NCBI GenBank assembly: GCA_013239625.1
Contig: MU054323.1
Location: 1,364,001-1,428,000, forward strand
Direction of reading: 5' to 3'
DNA length: 64,000 nt
DNA from: Lama guanicoe
Lineage: Eukaryota
Made by a program: the position numbers and the translations under genes. The notes under the pieces are model-generated. The model saw only the letters and a list, made by a program, of their open reading frames with translations, had not been told where the DNA came from and made no database searches. Positions 55,721-64,000 of the stretch are shown in pieces; position 1 is the stretch's first letter, and each line of letters starts with the position of its first letter.

Positions 55721-58700
55721 CAGTTTTTTTTAATAATGAGGTAGTATTTGCTGTTCTCAGAGCCTTTAATTTAAATTGAGAAATTCAATGAATTCATAAT
55801 GAAGAAGTATAGAACTGAGTATAGCTGACAGGCTGTCTCTCGAACTGGGTACATCTAAAGCCATTTGTGAAGTTAATGGGTACTTTATGTAGAATATGGA
55901 TGTTAGGGTTCAGAACATTGTATTTATAAAGGTTCATAGCCCAATGACAGTAACGTAATGTTCTTGTAGAGCTTATACCTGCTTATTTAGAAAATGTGAA
56001 AGTCAGCAGTTTTCTTCTATGTTATGTTGGAGCCATTTCCTAAAATGCCAACCAGAGGTTGCTGGTAAGGAGTACTTAGATTTTTGTCATAGGTCTGTAA
56101 GGTTATATTATCTGTGAATTGGAATTCACTGGGAAATGATATAATAGAAGGCAGGCCAAAAATTCATACAGCATTCCAGCTAGCTTCTCTGAATTGTGCT
56201 TAATGGTTCCTGTGGTAGATAGCCAAGAATCACGCTATTTCTCTGAATTTGAAACTAACTTGGACTCACTCATTGTTATCATGGTAATTGAGTTTGCCTC
56301 ATTATAACAGTGAGACTATTCCAATTTTGTGGTTGTCTTGAATTAGATATGGGTGCAAAATTTTTCTTTTTTAATTAAGTGAAGGAGACAAAGATTAGTT
56401 TTTTCTTTTAAAAAGCTTTTTTAAAAATCTAGTTAAAAAATACTCATTTGACAAAACTAAAAACTAGAACTAAAGAGGGCTGCTGCTGGCATTCCAGATA
56501 ATTCATTGAACAAATATTTGGTACTTCAAGTCTCTATTCTTATGTGACAGCTCTTAAATGAATTTCACTGAAAGCCAAGGATTTGCTCTTTTTGAGTACT
56601 TTTTCTAAGTAGGTAGAAAAATACTTACTCATTGTAGAGAATTTAGAAAGCAAAACAAAAGAAAAATCAGAAAAAGAATGAAAATCACCTACAGTCTGTT
56701 ATTTATAGGTTGTATTTTTCTCCTGTTTTCTAATTAAGACTACTTATTACTTTAAAATTTGTGTTGTACTTTTTTTTCCCCTTGACACCACCCTTGCGAT
56801 TAAAACTCTTCACAAAGGTAATTTTAAGACATTACACACCATCATATGTATGAGTGAGGTTTAACTTCACCATTCTCCTACTGTTACACATTTTAACTTT
56901 TTAAATACCACTGAAGGGAACATCTTTGTGCACAAAGTTCACTGCCGTTTTAAGGATGTCCTGGACAATGTCCTTGGTGTAGATTTCTGGGCACCTCTAG
57001 CAGAATGAGTAATTTCTTGGAACCTAGGCTTTGCTGATTACTGACGGAGAATGGGATCCTAGAGAAATACTAGGCCTGAGGAGTCATAACGTTTAGTCCT
57101 TTGTGGAAACTTTATCTAAAATAGGTAGTAGTTTTCAGGGCCCACTTTATGAGCAGGTGGCTGCATTCCTTTCAGAAGCTCTGAAAGGCTTCTTCTGAGC
57201 AAAACCTACCTACAGCTGCCTGAAATTTCATCACTTCTGTCACCTTGTTTTGGAGCAGGAAATAGGAAAGAGGGCCTTATCGAGGCTGAGATCTCAGAAC
57301 GTTGTTTTCTACAGTTTTTAATAGCATGCTTTGCCTTTAGTAGTATTACTACTGCCACCACTATCATCCTCTTCTTCACTGTCATTTCTAGTGTACTCTT
57401 CCCACTCCTCTGTGAATTCCTAGAAAGCTGACACAGGGCCTTATTAATCTTTGGATCTCTCTTAGGTCCATACATCTAAGCGGCATCACGGAACATAGTT
57501 GGGTGCTTTAAAACAGAATTCACTCATATATGTTTTAGATTAAATAAATGTCTGGCTTTTTTTCTTGAAAGCAAATTTTGTTAGAAGGGACTAAATATAA
57601 GACTGTTTGGCTCCCAGGAGGTGGTGAATGACAAGTTTTCTACATTTCAGAGTTTGTTCTGTCCCAGGCCAGCCCTGTGCCCCACTTTGGCACTCCCAGG
57701 AGGCTAGGAGGCTCTCAACAGAATTTCGCTTACTCATATGGCAAACACCCCTCTACTTCTACCATATGCCAGAGACTGAGTTTGATTCCAGGGATTCAGA
57801 GATCCTTAAGACAAATGTCTGCCTTCAAGAAGCTCATGGTCTAAAGCAGAAGCTAAACAAAGTAGGGCAGGTGTCAAATGCGTGTTAAAATGATGGCATT
57901 TTGACCAATCAGAAGACCTGTCTACTATGGTTGCGTTTTTAAACATAGCATGGAGCAAATTGGCCAATATAAGCACATGCATGGTCTTACAGTGTTCAAG
58001 GTCCATGAATTTGGCACTCCTGGTCTCAAAGCAAAACTCCTTGATCCTGACTTTTGCTCCTATTTTAAGGTTATTTTTAAATGATTCCTGTACCAAATGC
58101 AGGCAGTGTGAAAACCCAGCATTTACGGACTTATATTTTACATCAGTTATAAGAACCGTATTTATTAAAGTGAACAGCCTAATAAAAGAAAGTAAATTAT
58201 AAAATAATGCCAATTCATTACTTCTTAAATCAATTAGACCACTAAAAGTGATTGACTTCCAAACATCGTGGTAGAAGGAAAATCATGGCTGTAGCATCAC
58301 ACAGACGTGAATTCAAACCCCAACATTATCACACGCTAGTTGCCGTGGCTTCTGTTTCCTTGCCTAAAAATGGAAAGTCTACTTTGTATAGTCATCATAA
58401 AGATTAAATCAGATTATGCTTGCGGCATACCTCAGGCAGAGCTGGGGATAGAGAGAATGTGCAATATCAGATAATTATCGTTATTATTTACAGTGATATG
58501 TGAATAATTAAGGCTCATAGGTCTTATTTACAGAACAAAGCCCTTAGACTCAACTTCTATTTCACCATTGTATTCTCAGAACCAAGTTCACTGGTAAATA
58601 TACCACAGATGCTCAATAAATACACACTGAATGAATCAGTAGATACCTAGGGGTCCCAAATACTTGTCTAAGAGTTGAAATAGAGAGGTGGGAAGTTCTG

Positions 58701-59144
58701 GCTGTATGGGGAAGATATTCCAGGGGCAAAAGACCCTTACATCTGCCAGAGTTCACTCATCTGGGTTCACAGAGTTTTACACCTGATGACATTCAAATGT
58801 TCCAAAACTCCCCAAAGAAGGGAAAAAGAAGATGACTGCCTGCTGAGATGTGCAGTGTTTGTAAACACTCATGCCACTTACCGTCTCTCTGTGCCAATAA
58901 CTGCACAGGTACTTTGCACACATATTATCTCACTCATTTTCACAACAATTCAATGAGATAATATTAGCTCTACTTTAGGTGAAGAAATTGACACAAGGAT
59001 GAAATAATTTGCCTGAAGTCCTGCAGTTTGTAAGTGATCGCTCTACACTCTGAGGCCAATCTGTGCCCTTCTCACTTCCTTCACCTTGCTGCTTTTATAT
59101 TCACTGTTGCTTTTACATTGAAGTGCCATCTCTCTGTTTCATCA

Positions 59145-59400
59145 ATTCCCTCATTCTTTCAACAAATACCTGTTGAACACCTATCCTTTGCCTAGTACTA
59201 GATATAGAACGTGAACTAAAACAGCCACAATCCCTGTCCTCATGGAGATCAGAATCCAGTTAGGGAAACAGAAATTAAACAAATAATCACAAAATAGCAT
59301 ACAATTACAAATAAGATTAAGTAGCATGGAAGAAAAATACACAATGCTGTAAGGACATGCAACAGGGAGACCTATTTTGAGCTGCTTGAAGTAACAGATT
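59145..59400 (-). mobile_element. L2 3' fragment
   Basis: cattctttcaacaaatacctgttgaacacctat...tccctgtcctcatggagatcagaatccagt. Confidence 0.75.
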
Positions 59401-60334
59401 CCAGGGAAATCCACCGAGGTCTAGATTTCCAACTCAGCCTCCTGGGATTGCTACTCAGTCGTGTTTACAATGGCTGGCCCTTGAGAAGGATGACTGTTGT
59501 ATTTCTCTTTGAGAAGAGGGGAATGGGCCCCGCTCCCAGGTTTTAGCGTCTCCCACTTCATCCATTATTCACAAGACCCCCAATAACGAGGACAAGAGGG
59601 CTTTTGATATCAGTGTATCTCCAAGAAAACCACACTCTGACGCACAGGTCACTAGAACAGTCTCCAGATGAAGAAATCTACAAGCACCTGTGTGTCCAAG
59701 TACTCCTCCCAACCCCCCTTGATTGTTTCCATGTGATGTAGACAGCTGGGTCTTTAAAATTGCCCAAGTGCCTCTACAATTCCTGAAGTTAAAAGTGGTT
59801 TTCATTGATTTAACAAATATTTATTAAGCACTTACTGTGTACTCTGAGGATATGAGACCTTGTTTGTGCCCTCTCAGAGCTCAGTAAAAGTGATGGAGAC
59901 AGTCTAATAAGAACAATCATGAGAGACTTCTGGGGCACACAAACCCAAGCCTCCATTGGGTGAGGGCTGGAGGTGGGGTAACTTCAGGGACCACGACTAG
60001 GAATTAGCTAGACAATGGGGAAGGGGAGTAGGAGCCAAAGCAAAGTATACAATAATGGCAAGAAAATACTTTCAAATACATGTGTCTTGACAGTGTGTTA
60101 AAGGGTTATAGAATATTTAGCAAATGATACGAGAACGGTATATTGGAAAGAAATGTGGATTTTGTAATCAGGCTCTGTCACTAAATATTCTGAATTATAT
60201 GAATTATTTTATCATAGAATTTAGATAATGATACGTATGTGACAGTATTATCATGTGGCAATAAACATTGCCACGTAAGTATCATTTGATACCTGGAATT
60301 TAGAGGTGGTAGTAATGATGGCTTTAATGAAAAG

Positions 60335-60550
60335 ATCAATAACACTACATGTGGTTAATTTATATTGACTTCATTACATGCATTTATTTTTCTAATGCTC
60401 ACAACTCACATGAAGAATTTTTATTGTTCTGACTATAAAAAACAGAAAATAGGGACTTAGAAGCAGTAAGTGACATGCCCACAGTCACAGAGCCAATAAA
60501 TGGCAACACCAGAAAGTCTGACTTTAAAGTCCATTTCTTAACTGCTCTCC
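60335..60550 (-). mobile_element. MIR SINE
   Basis: gtaagtgacatgcccacagtcacagagccaataaatggca...agtctgactttaaagtcc. Confidence 0.7.
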
Positions 60551-60719
60551 ACAGTCTGCCGACGGTAGTCAATACATAGCTGTTATTATCATTATCATTA
60601 TTATGATCATTATTTTCAATTTAAAGCTCTCAAGACTATAACCAGAATTCTATTAAATATCTACTATGCTTTTTTTTTTGAGCAAGATCTCGCAGCCTTA
60701 TACTTTGCTGACAAATTGG

Positions 60720-61140
60720 TTAGAATTAGATTCAGCTTAAAATGATAGAAAATACCAAATAACAGTGGCTTAAATAAAAGAGATTATTTCTCACTTATAT
60801 AAAGAAATCCAGAGATGGTCAGCCCAAGGCTGGTAGGGGAACTTCACAAAGTTCTCAGGGACTCCAGATTCCTTCTTCCCTTTATACCTCCCCCATCCTT
60901 AACTTGTCTCATGATCCAGTGTGGTTGCAGCCATCACATATGCTGTCAGTAAAGTAGGAAGGGGGGATGAAGATGCTTCCTTCCCTTTTAAGGACCCTTC
61001 CCTAAGTTAGACGTGATGATTGGCATACATGCCATTGGCCAGAATTTAGTTACATTTAGCAAAACTCCTGCTATAAATTAGGGGTTTTATTATTAAGGAA
61101 GGAAAAAAAAAGGATTTTCAAGGAAACGGAAAGCTTCTGC
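60720..61140 (-). mobile_element. old MLT1 (J/K-like) MaLR LTR
   Basis: ataacagtggcttaaataaaagagattatttctcact...ccattggccagaatttagttacat. Confidence 0.7.
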
Positions 61141-61699
61141 TGACTAGTAATAATACAATTTTCAAGTTATAATAAATATTTTAATTTAGATTATCAAGTT
61201 GTTTTTTTAATGTAATATAAAAAATCACCACAAAAAACCCCAGTGTTTTAAATTCACACCTAAAGATCTAATCAACAATGTCTTTTATAAAGAGCATTGT
61301 TCCAGGGGTCATAACATCTTGGGTGTTCTTGCCTGGGCTCTGCTTCTGGCTTTTCATCTTGGTTGCATCACTTTCTCTTGCTGGGCCTCAGTTTTATCAT
61401 ATGTAGAATGAGTAAGGTTAAACTCAGATGTCTCTAAGATCCTTTCAGCTCTACCTACTATTACTGAATGTCATAGGTAGATTTCATAGAATTTTAAAGT
61501 AGTATAAGTGTGTTATAGGGCAAAAATCTTGCAATGAGCCACTTTTCTCAGGAATAGATACAGATTTATATCTGTATATTTATACCTTGCCTTCTCTCAG
61601 AAAAAAATGAAAGATTTCTATTGTTCTTTATTTGTGCAAAAGCGACAGATTAGAAAATAAAATAAGCAGACTAAACATTGGGAAAGAGCTTAAGCGATC

Positions 61700-62650
61700 A
61701 TTTTTTTGCTGAGTATATTTAGGGAAAAATCCAAAGTTTCAAGTATAAACAAAAATTAATAAATATTTAAAAAGGAGACTGGATATAAGATAAATTATAG
61801 AAACAAATAGTCTTTTCTTTTAGTCTATCAAAAAAGCCTTCAGAAATGAAAATTGGAAAAATATTCTGTGTACAATAGCAACCATGATGGTAAAATATTT
61901 AGGATTAAAATTTTTAGGAAAGGCAGCAAAGTGCCTTATGGATGACAGCTATAAAGTCTTATTGAAGAACAGAAAATATAACAACAAATAAAAAACAGCA
62001 TAAAATATATATTTACAAATATAAATATTATTATAACAATTATAATGCCACAAAAATTTTTTGTTTTAGACATTAAGTTGTTTAGCCTGATTTTAAAGTT
62101 TTAAAGCTATGGAAGACTACATTTTCAAGACTAACTAGCCAAGAAAGACATCAAAAAGAACACTCTGACCAGGTGTCAGAACATACTAGCATCATAATGA
62201 AATTAATATGGTATAGGAATAAGCAAATAGACCAGTGGAACAAAATAGAGAATCCACAAAAATATCTCATTTTTTCATGAGATTTTAATTACCAATTAAT
62301 TTAATTTTAATTACCAATTTAATTACCAAAGGTTGCATTTTTAATTTAGTGAGAATAGTGTAGTTCATTTAATAAATAGCACTGGTACAACTGATTGTCC
62401 ATTTAGAGGTAAACAAATTTGGATCCCTATCTCACACTATATAAAATGTATTCCAGATTTATTGAAGACTTCAAATTTTTAAGTCTTGGAAAAAATCTAG
62501 GAGCTATAACCTGGATGTACTAGGAAATAAACTATCAAGAAACTATAAAAGAGTAGTCATTTGATTACATAAAAAATGTAAGCTCCTATTATGTTAAAAG
62601 ATGTTCTTAACATAAAAACTCAGTATGTTTTATTAAACTTTAGAAGACAA
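61700..62650 (+). mobile_element. decayed L1M ORF2 fragment
   Basis: aaaatatttaggattaaa...aaatagaccagtggaacaaaatagagaatcca...ttggatccctatctcacactatataaaa. Confidence 0.75.
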
Positions 62651-62879
62651 GTTTCTTTACTATTTGGACCTTAATACCTGATTCATGGTTGAGAGTCAAA
62701 TTACAACCAACATTCAAGGTAGAATGGGATTAGAAACCCTACAAGGAGGTAGACTGTATACTAAGAAAGTCTGGATGTGAAAGAGCAGATTTTTTTTCAA
62801 TAGATTTCTTAAATTGCCTCTTTGGGCCTCAAAAGAAGAAGAAAGTATGATGGTTAACTGCAGTTCAACAGACAGTTTG

Positions 62880-63700
62880 TTAATCCAGTTTAACAGACTA
62901 ATTGAGTGCTTATTATGTGCCAAGCCTGTAATGGAGAATTTTAGGAGCAAAAAGAAGATGGTCTCTTTCATGGAACTTATGGTAGGGAAAACAAAACAGA
63001 TTATTAAAGATTGATCAGCTTGAATAAAGGGGAAGATTATGCTCCTGTGGGCATGTATAACAAGGGATCTAGCAATCTGAGAAATTCAGGACAGAGACAA
63101 AGTGAGATTTATGCTGAGATCTGCAGTAGGAGTGGGAGTCGGCCAGGTGAAGAGAGGCACAGAAAGAATGCTCCCAACACAGGTAATAGCATGTACAAAG
63201 AGCCGGATGTGATAGTGAATCTGGTGAGAAACTGGAGCTTAAAAAGGGTCTTGAAAGAGTGGCATCAGATGAGGCTGAAGAGTTAGGTAGCAAGCAGCCA
63301 GGCTTTACATTGTGATGAATCTTACAAGGAGTGTTAAGGATTTTTTGTTTTGTTTTATTTTACTGGATCCTAAAAGCAACAGGAAGCTATGGGAAGTTTT
63401 TAAAAGGAAGTGACTTGATCAGACTTGCATTTTCAAAAGATCCTTCTGGACAACAAATTAGGAGGAGTTAGATGGAAACAGAGAAGATTGGAGGCAGCTG
63501 TAATCATCCATATGAGACGTGATATTGTCTTGGGCTAGAATGGTGCAGCACGGATTCAGAGACTTGTACATATTTGGGAGATATTTAGGAGGCAGATCAT
63601 ACAGGAGCATAACTGTATTTGTGTAAAGAGTGGGAGAGAGAGAGAAGGATACTGGGTTTGTGGACCACTGGGTTGGGTGATATAATTCTTCAGACAGAAA
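62880..63700 (-). mobile_element. L2 fragment
   Basis: aattgagtgcttattatgtgccaagc...gggaagtttttaaaaggaagtgacttgatcagacttgcattttcaaaagatc. Confidence 0.75.
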
Positions 63701-63879
63701 ACCAATGTCAAGTATCTACTCTTTGTGTGACTCTTAATAATACAGCCCAGAAGTTAACAGAGAAGATGACTCCCTTTATATTGTTCTAAATATGTATAGT
63801 ATAAAAAATGTGACTCACACCAAACACTAACCCAGCGATGAGGGTCTTCAGTACTCCTAGCCTTTGAACTAATATTCCA

Positions 63880-64000
63880 TTTTTTTTATTATTATTAGTT
63901 TTTTTAAAAATTTTATTTTATTTTTAGGGTTTTTGTTGTTGTTGTTGTTCGGGGGGAGGTAATTAGGTTTACTTACTATTTTTAGAGGAGGTACTGGGGA
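63880..64000 (-). mobile_element. camelid Vic-1-like SINE, 3' part (truncated by window edge)
   Basis: ggggggaggtaattaggttt...ggaggtactgggga, same family as 52260-52402. Confidence 0.8.

Larger units (their letters stand above)
43119..64000 (+). other. VSNL1: VSNL1 intron 1 (continues beyond the window)
   Basis: Begins at the GTAAGT donor; no VILIP-1 coding exon (MGKQNSKL...) was seen in the remaining sequence or the ORF track. Confidence 0.75.

Noticed and set aside
57806..58213. 135-aa minus-strand ORF overlapping a 91-aa plus-strand ORF in VSNL1 intron 1
   Set aside because: No recognisable domain or convincing splice context; compatible with chance.

Overview
Eutherian mammal genomic DNA, most likely a camelid (two Vic-1-like tRNA-derived SINEs, no Alu/B1/BovB seen), syntenic with the human RAD51AP2-VSNL1 locus. 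It holds the complete 3-exon meiotic gene RAD51AP2 on the minus strand (CDS 19695-16434, 16084-16001, 12128-12010; 1154 aa). The divergently oriented VSNL1 is represented by its CpG-island promoter, non-coding exon 1 (ending 43118) and the first ~21 kb of intron 1. The rest is largely L1, L2, MIR, DNA-transposon and ERV/LTR debris, including a gamma-type ERV integrase remnant with its 3' LTR and a young solo LTR with a perfect TSD. The most notable observation lies downstream of RAD51AP2 (about 80-9800, minus strand): a chain of splice-site-bounded, stop/frameshift-disrupted segments whose translations resemble tandem RGS22/RGSL1-type RGS domains, i.e. a candidate unannotated unitary pseudogene. 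Also noted: RAD51AP2 stops at a TAA with an in-frame fossil of the human-like C-terminal tail behind it. Gene and repeat-family identities come from recalled sequences, not database searches.
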